Shown here: positions 9,616 to 19,381 of the stretch, piece after piece
How the letters are laid out: each line of letters opens with the position of its first letter
How positions within the stretch are numbered: the first letter of the stretch is position 1
Source of the DNA: Tequatrovirus LF73P3
Direction: 5' to 3' (one strand)
DNA length: 64,000 nt
Sequence record: OZ035756.1
Program-made: the position numbers and the translations under genes
The notes under the pieces: generated by a model
What the model saw: the letters and a program-made list of their open reading frames with translations, nothing else
What the model was told of the DNA's origin: nothing
Database searches by the model: none

Positions 9616-9939
9616 TTAGTCTTCTATGATATCTCTATCATATCCAAGTGAAATGAGAGTTTCTTTGAAGTGTTTAATGTTCTTTTGTCTAGAATCATTA
9701 ATGAAAATGACTGGATAACGAATGTTAAGAGATGTAAATCCAGCGCGTTTAGCAAGAGATACAATCAGTGGACGATCATACTCGATCTTACCATTATTTG
9801 TAAGAACTTTATAGAAAGTAAAAGGAGCATTGAGCTCCTTTAGAAGTTTTGTAACTGATTGACATCCAGGACAACGACCAACTTCATCTGGAATTCCATA
9901 GACTTCAATCTTATTCTTTAAGTTCGAGTTTTGTTCCAC
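9616..9939 (-). CDS. glutaredoxin/NrdH-like redoxin (start codon uncertain, possibly GTG)
   Basis: CPGC redox motif in VYGIPDEVGRCPGCQSV; no in-frame ATG near expected start; GTG at 9937-9939 with AAGGA 10 nt upstream. Confidence 0.5.
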   Translation of the reverse strand: MEQNSNLKNKIEVYGIPDEVGRCPGCQSVTKLLKELNAPFTFYKVLTNNGKIEYDRPLIVSLAKRAGFTSLNIRYPVIFINDSRQKNIKHFKETLISLGYDRDIIED

Positions 9940-10222
9940 GAGAAATAATTCCTTGATAAGCCCAATATGGCGGGTTAACAGAATCATCGCCAGAATTTTC
10001 TTCAGGAAAATAAACCTGGATAACAAATCCAGATTCATCAAAGGTAAAATAAACCGTAGGTAATTCACCTAACAATTCAGCACGATTATTAATTTCTTCG
10101 AGTTCTCGTTCACGTCCGGCCCAAAAACTAGGATTTAGACTACATTCATAGAAATAATAGTCATTACCGAACATATCAAAACCATTCCAACTCTCTACCA
10201 CATACCGCTCAAAACTAATCAT
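9911..10222 (-). CDS. hypothetical protein
   Basis: 103 aa ORF, aromatic-rich. Confidence 0.45.
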   Translation of the reverse strand: MISFERYVVESWNGFDMFGNDYYFYECSLNPSFWAGRERELEEINNRAELLGELPTVYFTFDESGFVIQVYFPEENSGDDSVNPPYWAYQGIISRGTKLELKE

Positions 10223-10224
10223 AA

Positions 10225-10440
10225 TTAAGCCTTTTTATCAAGAACAGCATTCAGTTTGTTAGTAATTTTATCCAGACGCTCATTGAACTCGCTAGAAGAC
10301 AGTCCTTTTTCTGGAGAAATCAAACTAATCACGAAAAATATAGCAATAAAAGGAATAAGGAAAATAGCTCCAACTGCCATAAACAGAAAGAATGTTACAG
10401 TTGTAAGAAAATCAGCTAAACCTTTGCGAAATTTATACAT
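10225..10440 (-). CDS. small membrane protein
   Basis: 71 aa, central hydrophobic segment FFLFMAVGAIFLIPFIAIFFVISLI. Confidence 0.4.
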   Translation of the reverse strand: MYKFRKGLADFLTTVTFFLFMAVGAIFLIPFIAIFFVISLISPEKGLSSSEFNERLDKITNKLNAVLDKKA

Positions 10441-10555
10441 ATTTTACCCTTAATTGATTAACCAAGCATTGATAAGCACTAAACTATATTGTGAATAAAA
10501 TTCTGGACCAAAATGAAAAATCATATCATTTATAGTGTCCATGATATAATTCAAT

Positions 10556-11026
10556 TTAATCATGTTTCCACACCCCATCGGTATTTGACCAAAGTCGCTG
10601 ATTATCTGATCCTCGCCACAGCTTTTTGGTCGGAAGATTTTTCTCATACTTCCCATCAATAATAACATCAACATATTTAAGCATTTCTAGTTGTTTAATA
10701 TCTTCAAACTTATATCCTGTCCACACCCAAATGCTTTTATTCGGATAAAGATTTTTTACTGTTTGAACAATGCAATGAACAACATCTCGGTTATCAGGAT
10801 AAAGAGGGTCTCCTCCAGTTATAGTTAATCCTTCTATATAATCATTATTCAAACATTTAATTAATTGTTCCAGTGTTTCACCAGTGAATGGAACGCCATT
10901 TCTAGCATTCCACGTTGATTTATTATAACACCCTTCGCATTTATGCAAACAACCTGTAACGAAAAGAACGACCCTGCATCCAGGGCCATTCACAAAATCG
11001 CAGGGATAAAATCTATCGTAATTCAT
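10556..11026 (-). CDS. nrdG: anaerobic ribonucleotide reductase activating protein NrdG (radical SAM)
   Basis: 156 aa, CxxxCxxC cluster (CLHKCEGCYN). Confidence 0.9.
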   Translation of the reverse strand: MNYDRFYPCDFVNGPGCRVVLFVTGCLHKCEGCYNKSTWNARNGVPFTGETLEQLIKCLNNDYIEGLTITGGDPLYPDNRDVVHCIVQTVKNLYPNKSIWVWTGYKFEDIKQLEMLKYVDVIIDGKYEKNLPTKKLWRGSDNQRLWSNTDGVWKHD

Positions 11027-12840
11027 TGGTGTTTAACCCTATGCATGATTTCTTTATTTTTGCCGAGATTAAATCCGCGCTCGTTCGGATTTCCCAAATA
11101 GCCGCATGTTCTTCTTATTGTGTTCATCTTTTTAGGATCAGTTTCTCCACAAATAGAACAAACAAATCCGTTTTCAGTAGGAGTCATTTCATGGGTACTT
11201 CCGCATGTAAAACATTTATCTACTGGCATGTTAACACCAAAATAATCTAAATGTTGTGCGGCATAATCCCATACAGCCTCAAGACCTTTTAGGTTATTTT
11301 TCATATCAGGAAGTTCAACATAAGAAATGTGACCGCCTGTTGCAATGAAATGATATGGTGCTTCGCGAGAAATCTTTTCAAACGGAGTAATATTTTCTTC
11401 TACTGAAACGTGGAAACTGTTAGTGTACCAGCCTTTATCAGTAACATCCTTTACACTTCCATATTTTTCGGTATCAAGTTTACAGAAGCGATAGCACAGG
11501 TTTTCAGCAGGTGTAGAATACAAACTAAAAGCAAAACCAGTTCTTTCAGTCCACTGCTTAAGACGAGCATTCATTTTAGTTAAAATTTCCTGTCCAATAT
11601 CACGACCGACAAGAATATTCAATTCATGAATACCAATGTATCCTAAAGACACCGAACTTCTACCGTTTTTAAATAACTCAATTATGTCGTCATCAGGTTT
11701 AAGACGAACCCCGAATGCACCTTCTTGGTAAAGAATAGGAGCTACAGTTGCTTTAACTCCTTTTAAGGAACTAATTCTACACATCAAAGCTTCAAAACAC
11801 AGATCCATTCGTTCATTGAACAATTCGGCAAATTTCTGTTCATTGAACTGTGTTCCAATATAAGAATCTAATGCAATGCGAGGAAGATTCAGTGTTACAA
11901 CACCAAGATTATTACGTCCATCAAGAATTTCATTACCAGTCGAATCTTTCCATACACTCAAGAAACTACGACAACCCATTGGAGAAACAGGAATAGATGA
12001 ACCGGTGATAGCTTTATTGTTCTTAGCCGAAATGATGTCAGGATACATTCTTTTGCTTGCACACTCTAGAGCAAGCTGCTTAATATCATAGTTTGGATCG
12101 TCTTTATAAAGATTAACACCTTCTTCAACGAACATAACAAGCTTAGGGAAAATAGGAGTTATCCCATCGCGACCAAGGCCTTTAATACGATTTTTCAGAA
12201 TTGCTTTCTGAATCATTCGTTCAGTCCAGTCAGTTCCCGTACCAAACGTAATTGTTACAAAAGGCGTTTGTCCGTTTGAACTAAAGAGAGTATTTACTTC
12301 ATATTCATAAGCTTGGAATGCATCGTATACGTCTTTTTCTGTTTTAGATTGGGCATAATTCAATGCATCAGCGATTTGCCATTTTTCTGCATCCTCAATA
12401 TGTTTTGCATAGGTGCGTTTAACATAAGGAGAAAGTACTTTATCTACATTCGCAAAAGTCGTTCCGCCATATTGATGGGAAGCAACCTGTGCAGTAATTT
12501 GTGCCATAATTGCAGTGGCAACGCCGATTGATTTAGGAGTTTCAATCTGTGCATTACCTAATTTAAATCCATTCTCAAGCATCCCCTTTAAATCGACTAA
12601 ACAGCAATTAGTAAATGGAAGAGCAGGAGAATAATCAATATCATGCACGTGAATGATTCCGCTTTCATGCGCATTCATAATAAAAGACGGGACCATATTT
12701 TTGGCAATGTGTTTAGACACAATACCAGCCATAAGGTCCCGTTGAGTTGGAAAAACACGAGAATCTTTATTAGCATTCTCGTTTAAAAGGTCTTTATTAG
12801 TTTTATGAATCAATCCTTCAATTTCTTTTTCAATTGTCAT
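11023..12840 (-). CDS. nrdD: anaerobic ribonucleoside-triphosphate reductase NrdD, uninterrupted
   Basis: 605 aa continuous ORF, C-terminal glycyl-radical region and Cys-rich tail CFTCGSTHEM...CSICGETD. Confidence 0.95.
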   Translation of the reverse strand: MTIEKEIEGLIHKTNKDLLNENANKDSRVFPTQRDLMAGIVSKHIAKNMVPSFIMNAHESGIIHVHDIDYSPALPFTNCCLVDLKGMLENGFKLGNAQIETPKSIGVATAIMAQITAQVASHQYGGTTFANVDKVLSPYVKRTYAKHIEDAEKWQIADALNYAQSKTEKDVYDAFQAYEYEVNTLFSSNGQTPFVTITFGTGTDWTERMIQKAILKNRIKGLGRDGITPIFPKLVMFVEEGVNLYKDDPNYDIKQLALECASKRMYPDIISAKNNKAITGSSIPVSPMGCRSFLSVWKDSTGNEILDGRNNLGVVTLNLPRIALDSYIGTQFNEQKFAELFNERMDLCFEALMCRISSLKGVKATVAPILYQEGAFGVRLKPDDDIIELFKNGRSSVSLGYIGIHELNILVGRDIGQEILTKMNARLKQWTERTGFAFSLYSTPAENLCYRFCKLDTEKYGSVKDVTDKGWYTNSFHVSVEENITPFEKISREAPYHFIATGGHISYVELPDMKNNLKGLEAVWDYAAQHLDYFGVNMPVDKCFTCGSTHEMTPTENGFVCSICGETDPKKMNTIRRTCGYLGNPNERGFNLGKNKEIMHRVKHQ

Positions 12841-13310
12841 TTTAAACTCTTTCTAAGCTGCTTCTTAAATGAAGCTATTAATTGTGTTTTGGTGTCAGAT
12901 TCATTATATTCAAATCCTCTTTGAAGCATCTCAGCCATCATTTCCTCTTTTCCTAAACGAGAAAATTCCTTTGATTTATCTCCAACGAAGTTAGGGTGAA
13001 TATTATTTTGGGTGTAATCGGATTTTAAATAAGTAAGTAAATTTTCTAACCATTCAAGATAATCAACACCTTGTCCCTTTAAGCCAGAACGATTAAATTT
13101 GTGCTTCATTTGACCTTCCGCAGCATTGCAAAGATTACAGAGCAATCCACGTACCTTTCCTGCTTTTGGTCCATTTAATTCGTGGTCATGGTCGAGGTGA
13201 TTAGCTTGAACATCAGGATTTAGTTCTCGTTGGCAAATTAAGCATTTACCATTTTGCGCATTATAAAATTTTTGTTTTTCTTCTTTGTATAATTTGCCAG
13301 TCAATAACAT
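12837..13310 (-). CDS. 49: endonuclease VII (Holliday junction resolvase)
   Basis: 157 aa, MLLTGKLYKEEKQKFYNAQNGKCLICQREL...HLDHDH...; matches T4 gp49. Confidence 0.95.
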   Translation of the reverse strand: MLLTGKLYKEEKQKFYNAQNGKCLICQRELNPDVQANHLDHDHELNGPKAGKVRGLLCNLCNAAEGQMKHKFNRSGLKGQGVDYLEWLENLLTYLKSDYTQNNIHPNFVGDKSKEFSRLGKEEMMAEMLQRGFEYNESDTKTQLIASFKKQLRKSLK

Positions 13311-13352
13311 AATAAAACCCTTACCTTAAATAGATAAGGGTATTTATTATTT

Positions 13353-13529
13353 TCAAGTATTGTAAAACATTCGATGCAATCGCTTATATTGCCGAATCAT
13401 CTTTTTAGTAGGTCGAACATAAGTTCCTACACAAGTGGTCATATTAGAGTCGGTAGGACTTCCTTTAATAAAAAGTTTCCAAACCTTACCACCATTTAAC
13501 TTTTCAGTATAAATTAATTCGGTTTTCAT
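13353..13529 (-). CDS. hypothetical small basic protein (58 aa)
   Basis: Hand translation MKTELIYTEKLNGGKVWKLFIKGSPTDSNM...; start overlaps upstream stop by 1 nt. Confidence 0.35.
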   Translation of the reverse strand: MKTELIYTEKLNGGKVWKLFIKGSPTDSNMTTCVGTYVRPTKKMIRQYKRLHRMFYNT

Positions 13530-13993
13530 TAAAACGCTCGGTCAGAAAAAGAATTTTGAGTTTCAAGCCATTCAATATATTCTGCCGCAGCTTGCATTAA
13601 ATTTCCTTCATAACCATCGTTATTTTCTTGTGCAGCTAATTTAGCCAATGCGTATGAAATACGTTCACCCTGAAAAGCGGCTTTAGGTTTATGAATAGCT
13701 TGATCAACTCGTTCTACAACTTCTTCAATTTCGCCATTTTCTACTGATTCAGTATTCCACAAGCACCAATACGTAATTGGCTTATCATAGATGTTAATAA
13801 CCTTTCCGTCAGAAAGTTCAATTTCAATAATTCCAGTATCAGGTTCTATGTCATCTTCACATTCTTTTGCAAGTTCACGAACTTTAAATACAGTACCTGC
13901 ACTAAGTTCCGGCCAGTAATTACACAGCCCTTTATCAGCACGATTAATTCTAAACCACTTATCTACTGCAATCATGTCCCATCTCCATATCAA
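13529..13993 (-). CDS. hypothetical protein (pin/49.x region of the T4 map)
   Basis: 154 aa ORF, acidic. Confidence 0.5.
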   Translation of the reverse strand: MIWRWDMIAVDKWFRINRADKGLCNYWPELSAGTVFKVRELAKECEDDIEPDTGIIEIELSDGKVINIYDKPITYWCLWNTESVENGEIEEVVERVDQAIHKPKAAFQGERISYALAKLAAQENNDGYEGNLMQAAAEYIEWLETQNSFSDRAF

Positions 13994-14098
13994 TTATGTC
14001 ATTTATCGTTGGTTCATTATATACTGTTTCTTCATCAGTGTAAACCGGTTCTTCCGGCTCTGGCTCTACAGTTTCCCATCTAGCCGCCCACCAAGGTT

Positions 14099-14446
14099 TT
14101 ATAGCGTAATCCATTCTCGTACTGTCTGAGTTACTACGCGTTCACGGGGCTCGACTAGTTCAACAGTTGGAACTGCATAATACCAGTCAGAATGGTAAGA
14201 ACCTGAGCGAGTTTCATTTACAGACACATGAACGTTATGTTTTGGACTAAAATAAACACACTGACGATATTGGCATTTGCCATCTTGTACCCAATCTTCT
14301 ATTTCGACAGGTTTAAGATAATCCGAAAAATCGAAATCATAATTTTCTGAAAATCCATCATGGTCTTCGATGATTTCGCTCAGAACTGCATCAACATCGT
14401 AAATCATATTTACCCCAGTTTGACCATACAATCGCCATATTTCCAT
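14099..14446 (-). CDS. hypothetical protein
   Basis: 115 aa ORF. Confidence 0.5.
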   Translation of the reverse strand: MEIWRLYGQTGVNMIYDVDAVLSEIIEDHDGFSENYDFDFSDYLKPVEIEDWVQDGKCQYRQCVYFSPKHNVHVSVNETRSGSYHSDWYYAVPTVELVEPRERVVTQTVREWITL

Positions 14447-14625
14447 TTAGAAATAGACTTTTCACCATTAGAATAATAAACTTCGAGTTTAGCACGATTA
14501 TTTTTAATTTGAATAACTTTGGCTGTCATCAAAGTTCCATACCCATAGTAAACTGCAACCTCATCACCTACATATACCGCGCTTCCGCGGTAGTCATGGA
14601 TATAATCAGTTCCTTCGAGCATCAT
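14410..14625 (-). CDS. hypothetical protein
   Basis: 71 aa ORF, 4-nt overlap with nrdC. Confidence 0.45.
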   Translation of the reverse strand: MMLEGTDYIHDYRGSAVYVGDEVAVYYGYGTLMTAKVIQIKNNRAKLEVYYSNGEKSISKWKYGDCMVKLG

Positions 14626-14885
14626 TTAAAGTATTCCCGCAATTGGTCAAATCCACCAATATGACTTCCATCAGAAGCAAATACTTGTGGCATCGTCAAA
14701 CCAATTTGAGTATCACGACCCAGTTTCGTTAGAAGCTCAGCGATTTTCTCATCATCAAAAACACCTTTTTCCGGCATAATGTTGATAAATTCAAACGGCT
14801 GTTTCTTCACAGTCAAAAGACGTTTTGCATTATCACAATACACGCATTTATGAATGTTGCTATCATAACCATATACTTTAAACAT
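14622..14885 (-). CDS. nrdC: thioredoxin/glutaredoxin NrdC
   Basis: 87 aa, MFKVYGYDSNIHKCVYCDNAKRLL... CVYC redox motif, matches T4 nrdC. Confidence 0.9.
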   Translation of the reverse strand: MFKVYGYDSNIHKCVYCDNAKRLLTVKKQPFEFINIMPEKGVFDDEKIAELLTKLGRDTQIGLTMPQVFASDGSHIGGFDQLREYFK

Positions 14886-14886
14886 A

Positions 14887-15144
14887 TTATTCCTTAATTC
14901 CTAGTACTTGTTTAAAAGTCTCGTCGTAATCAAGACTTTGGCCAGTTTGTTCTTTATGTTTGTATATAATATCACTTACTTCTGATAGCATATTTTTATA
15001 TGAACGGGTTAAAGCAGATTTAAGCACGCTGTATCTATCAGGAAATTTACCATGTTCATTATAATACGCTATTGCTAATTCACGGACTGCCTTTTCAGCA
15101 GTCTCCATATATTCTTTACGCTTTGTCATTTTCTTCTCGGTCAA
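14887..15144 (-). CDS. hypothetical protein (nrdC.1 position)
   Basis: 85 aa ORF. Confidence 0.5.
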
Positions 15145-15433
15145 ATCGGTGTTTGCAATGACGGCATTTATAACGAAGATTACTAGTCTGCCAATGAATT
15201 AATTGAACCTGTTCAGTACCGCATTCAGGACAATTAGGAACGTTTTTAGAAGCCCTTTCGCGACGTTCAACCATAACCATAATAGCATCCCAGGCTGGAG
15301 GTTTAAAATCTAAATCATCACAACCATGAATCTTTCCACGCATTTCCAGATCGTCTTCTTCACCAGCCATAATAATTTTAATTAGACTGGAATTACTTGA
15401 AGCTGCAATATCTTCTAATAGACGCTTTTTCAT
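15116..15433 (-). CDS. zinc-ribbon protein
   Basis: 105 aa; CPECG...CRHCKHR four-Cys pattern. Confidence 0.5.
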
Positions 15434-16407
15434 TTCAGCACCTCAATAGCATTACGTAAACCATTTGCTTTGGCGGTTAAAGCCTTAAGAACTTTAGTAT
15501 GATCTTCAATCTGTTTTTCAACTTCAATTAAGCGTGTATTAAGATATTCGCGTTCTTCGCTCAGATTATCAGCCTTTTCTGCTTTAGGTTCTTTTACAAC
15601 TGGCTTATATGTATTAGGGTTCTTCAGTTTAATTAGAATGCGTGAACTGTATAACATTGAACCATTATCTTCGGTTTCGTCATACATTTCCACTACGTCC
15701 ATCATCTCCACCATCGTGCAGAGTTTATAAGACAACGAACGAATAGTTTTGTTATGCTTATTAATTTCTCTAGCTGTCATGGTGCCGAGATTACGTGAGT
15801 AATAATAAGGAACCTGGATATTAATTAATACTGATGAACCACCTGGCTTGTGTGTTACTTCATCAGCAATAACCCAATCCTTAACATGAACTGTATTTGT
15901 ACGGTCATCACCCGCGGTAAATAGTTTGCGAGCATGCTTAAAAAGCATATTCACTTGGTCATTGAATTGACAAGCAAATTTATCAGCAAATTTAGTTTCA
16001 GGAATGGTAGATAACCAATCAGCCAAGTGGGTCTTTTTAACATCGTTAACAATAGTAAATTCAACCAAATCAGTTATAGATGTCGCAGATTTAATGAAGC
16101 TCGGCTTCATAAAGTTTTCAATGTTATCACGAGCTATCACAGAAGATAGTAATCGGGAACGTTTGAACCACTCTAGCAAAGAACCAAGAGAATGTGAATA
16201 TGCATTTTGTGTATCTTTACAAATATGGTTTTCCCATCCAATATAGTCTAAAAAATCACGAAGAATATTATTGATTACTTCTCTGTGTCCGATCTGATAA
16301 TTGCGGTGTTTAGTAATAAGACTGTCAAAATAATCAATATAATGTTTACGAGTCATATTAATCTCCTCAGTAGAAAGTAAGAACATTATACCACATCCTT
16401 GTGGCAA
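15430..16407 (-). CDS. hypothetical protein with C-terminal coiled-coil tail
   Basis: 325 aa (possibly 308 from MTRKHYIDY); C-terminal EEREYLNTRLIEVEKQIEDHTKVLKALTAKANGL heptad-like. Confidence 0.6.
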   Translation of the reverse strand: MPQGCGIMFLLSTEEINMTRKHYIDYFDSLITKHRNYQIGHREVINNILRDFLDYIGWENHICKDTQNAYSHSLGSLLEWFKRSRLLSSVIARDNIENFMKPSFIKSATSITDLVEFTIVNDVKKTHLADWLSTIPETKFADKFACQFNDQVNMLFKHARKLFTAGDDRTNTVHVKDWVIADEVTHKPGGSSVLINIQVPYYYSRNLGTMTAREINKHNKTIRSLSYKLCTMVEMMDVVEMYDETEDNGSMLYSSRILIKLKNPNTYKPVVKEPKAEKADNLSEEREYLNTRLIEVEKQIEDHTKVLKALTAKANGLRNAIEVLK

Positions 16408-16413
16408 AGTAAA

Positions 16414-17433
16414 CTAGTTTAGTGCATTTAGTGCATTGTTCAGTTTAGAACGTTGCTTCGTAAGATTTTTGACTTTTTCTTGAGCTTTTTCTAGCATCTT
16501 TTCAGCTTCTAACACTTCATTAGTTGCTTTAACGAGTTCATCATCTACTGCCTTGATAGACTTCTCAATCGCATCCGCGTGCCATTTTTCAACAGGTTTA
16601 AGACTCGGATTTTCAACAGGAAGAAAATTCACTTTATTGAATTTCCATGCATCATTATTACCTGAACTATACATCCAAAATTTAGGATCGTTTGATGAGC
16701 AATTGGATAAATTTAAGTTATCTTGCACTTCCTGCTTTTTCTCTTGCGGGACTTCGTCCTTTCTCAAAAAATCGTATTTAAATGAAACGATCATATCAAG
16801 TTCATACGTTGTTGTATGTTCCCAATTTCGCTCAAAATGAGGTAAAATCTTAGACTGAACAGCGGCAACAACATCCATATACTTAAATGCTTCTGTCAAC
16901 TGTGATTTAAGGCATTCGCAAATTGAAAGAGAATTTTTTGTATTAGGTTTAAAGCTAATTCGCGCAGTTCTGTTATTTTCTTTTAATGGTCTTACTTCCA
17001 TCTGAAGAGTATAACCATCAAATTTCAGATTCTTTAAGTTAATATCAGAACCTTTTAATCGACTCGCAATTGATAAAATTTGTTTTAATTGTTTACGGAA
17101 TAGAGCAATAAATCTCCATTCAATACGATAATGATTTGGATTGAAAAATCCAGATGATAAATCGACCTTACTTTGACCAACGCCTTGAACAAATAGAGGA
17201 TTTTTATAATCAATAGTTTTACAGAAATCGGTGAGCTGCTCACGAGCCGTCATTTGCGTAATATACCCTGCTTCGCTAAAATTACGCACCCATTCACTGC
17301 TATTCGTATATTTAAAATGAATATCACTATTAACTTTATCAGGGTCTAAATTATTTTGGCATAAAAATGTCATAACATCACGAGTATAGCTGGCATTACG
17401 AACCATATCTTCAATTTGAGAACGAGTTTTCAT
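16414..17433 (-). CDS. hypothetical protein with C-terminal coiled-coil tail
   Basis: 339 aa; C-terminal ELVKATNEVLEAEKMLEKAQEKVKNLTKQRSKLNNALNALN. Confidence 0.6.
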   Translation of the reverse strand: MKTRSQIEDMVRNASYTRDVMTFLCQNNLDPDKVNSDIHFKYTNSSEWVRNFSEAGYITQMTAREQLTDFCKTIDYKNPLFVQGVGQSKVDLSSGFFNPNHYRIEWRFIALFRKQLKQILSIASRLKGSDINLKNLKFDGYTLQMEVRPLKENNRTARISFKPNTKNSLSICECLKSQLTEAFKYMDVVAAVQSKILPHFERNWEHTTTYELDMIVSFKYDFLRKDEVPQEKKQEVQDNLNLSNCSSNDPKFWMYSSGNNDAWKFNKVNFLPVENPSLKPVEKWHADAIEKSIKAVDDELVKATNEVLEAEKMLEKAQEKVKNLTKQRSKLNNALNALN

Positions 17434-17441
17434 GGTATTCC

Positions 17442-18344
17442 TTAAGATTTAAGTAAATCGACAATTTTAATTAACTTTTCACGCTCAGATTTAGCTTTAC
17501 TACTCAGTCCAGATAGTCTGAAAATTTCATCATCATATTGTTGAATAGAAATATTCAGCTCTTCAATCTGTTTATTAAAATAATCAATTTGTTCAGAATG
17601 TTTTTCGTTACTACGAACTGGCACAGGTTTCGTAGGCAATGTAGTTGAACTGGATTCATTCGGGCGATAAATTAAAATACAACTTGAACCGATAGGGCAT
17701 TTTGCACCAGATGAATATTCTAATGTTCCAGCTTCTTTTAAAATTTCAAAAGCTAAACAGAGATGATGCCCCATATTGACATAATCTGTAGAGCGAGCTC
17801 TGATATAATAATCAATGCCACGAGTACTAAATTTAAAGCATTTAAGGTCTTCTGTATTATTGGTCTTAAAAATCATTTGTTTATCTAGACCTTTAGCTAA
17901 TCGAGCGCCCAATGCTAATAATCGTCGTTGATTTTCCCACAAATCCGTAATCATTTGATCGAATGATAATTTTGGCATTAGTCGACCATAAAGGTCATAT
18001 CCTTTATTATAATTACGAAGGATTTCACTCGCGTTAATACGAGACAATGCTCCAATTTTATTAAGGGCTTTCATAATGCGATTAGATAAAAGCATTCCAG
18101 ACCCGTTTGTTCGCTGTAAATGTTTTTCTAATCCAAATCCAATATCAACTTTAAACTTATCTAAAATTTCGGCATGAACATCTTTATCAATAACATTCAA
18201 ATCCAAAGTTGGGTTAAATCTATGAAAAAATTTATCTGGCTCTCCACGACGAAGTACAGTCCATTCGTTCGATTTTTTATTAACTAAAGATTTAATTACT
18301 GCATTGACATTATTAATTACTACTGACATATTTTCCTCACTCAA
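17442..18344 (-). CDS. hypothetical protein with C-terminal coiled-coil tail
   Basis: 300 aa; C-terminal IEELNISIQQYDDEIFRLSGLSSKAKSEREKLIKIVDLLKS. Confidence 0.6.
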   Translation of the reverse strand: MSEENMSVVINNVNAVIKSLVNKKSNEWTVLRRGEPDKFFHRFNPTLDLNVIDKDVHAEILDKFKVDIGFGLEKHLQRTNGSGMLLSNRIMKALNKIGALSRINASEILRNYNKGYDLYGRLMPKLSFDQMITDLWENQRRLLALGARLAKGLDKQMIFKTNNTEDLKCFKFSTRGIDYYIRARSTDYVNMGHHLCLAFEILKEAGTLEYSSGAKCPIGSSCILIYRPNESSSTTLPTKPVPVRSNEKHSEQIDYFNKQIEELNISIQQYDDEIFRLSGLSSKAKSEREKLIKIVDLLKS

Positions 18345-18738
18345 TTTTACTGATTATGCGGAATAAGATTGAACAGACTATATAAGTACCACACACAGAT
18401 TGAACTAATACCATTCCAAAGAACCAAACAATATTATCAAACCATGTCTGTTTTACGTCGAAAGGACGTAAACTTACAGTAATATTATCGCCTTTTTCTA
18501 TTGATGAATACATCTCTGGGGAAATATATTCACTAAATCTATAACCGTCTTTGAGTTCATATACAGCAATAAACGATAAACTAGACCCTTTTCCTTGAGT
18601 TCCTGTAAGGGTATTAACTACAGTAACATCATAATCTTTATAATGCATATAATCATTAATTGCGTAATAACCATATGCAACTACTACACATAAACAACAT
18701 ATCAATAAATTCAATCTTTTAATTATCAACTGTTTCAT
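18337..18738 (-). CDS. membrane protein (N- and C-terminal TM segments)
   Basis: 133 aa; LLICCLCVVVAYGYYAI and WFFGMVLVQSVCGTYIVCSILF hydrophobic stretches. Confidence 0.5.
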   Translation of the reverse strand: MKQLIIKRLNLLICCLCVVVAYGYYAINDYMHYKDYDVTVVNTLTGTQGKGSSLSFIAVYELKDGYRFSEYISPEMYSSIEKGDNITVSLRPFDVKQTWFDNIVWFFGMVLVQSVCGTYIVCSILFRIISKIE

Positions 18739-18793
18739 AATAATCTCAATTAAAAGGGCTTAGAACCATTATACCATCCTTGGTATAAAGCGG

Positions 18794-19321
18794 TTATGCG
18801 AGTACCGTCTTTAACCGTTCTTCAAACTTCCGAAGAGTATTTTGGCGTTCAGCTCTTTGCTTTTTGTAAGTTTCAATACGCTCTGAAATGAGAGAATATC
18901 GTTCATTTATTGATTCTTTCATAAAATCAGGAATTTCACGAGAAGCTTTAATCTCGTCAAATTTATCAATAACAGCTTGCTCTTCAGCAATTAAGTTATC
19001 ATACATTAAAATATCTTTCTTGATGAACTCAATATCTTCTTGAGTTACACGAGATAATTTAGATGCTTTATCCTTTTTGTACTGTTCATTAGTATCACGA
19101 GACCAGTGTAATGTACGATTTTTATTCGTATTTTTGTAAATTTCTACAATACCGATCTCATCAATAATAACGATCCAATTCCAACGGGATTTGTAAATTT
19201 GTCCTCCATCAACAGTGATTTCACCTCCGATTGAGATGTCGTTAAAGAACTTGCTTTGTGCTTCAGATTTAAATTTACCATCGTTGTAATTTACCAAGTT
19301 GAAAATATCTTTAGCGTTCAT
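18794..19321 (-). CDS. hypothetical protein with C-terminal coiled coil
   Basis: 175 aa ORF immediately downstream of an early promoter. Confidence 0.55.
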   Translation of the reverse strand: MNAKDIFNLVNYNDGKFKSEAQSKFFNDISIGGEITVDGGQIYKSRWNWIVIIDEIGIVEIYKNTNKNRTLHWSRDTNEQYKKDKASKLSRVTQEDIEFIKKDILMYDNLIAEEQAVIDKFDEIKASREIPDFMKESINERYSLISERIETYKKQRAERQNTLRKFEERLKTVLA

Positions 19322-19346
19322 TTTCTGTTCCTCCGTAGTTGATAGT

Positions 19347-19380
19347 TGTATAGTACCACAGAGGAACAGTCTTGTAAACC
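19347..19380 (-). promoter_or_regulatory. early sigma70-type promoter with conserved 22-bp core shared with 21265 and 37897
   Basis: Minus strand GTTTAC...CTGTGGTACTATACAACTATCAAC. Confidence 0.5.
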
Positions 19381-19381
19381 A

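Noticed and set aside
11023-12840. Group I intron / intron-encoded endonuclease in nrdD
   Set aside because: nrdD is a single continuous 605-aa reading frame; no interruption or embedded endonuclease ORF
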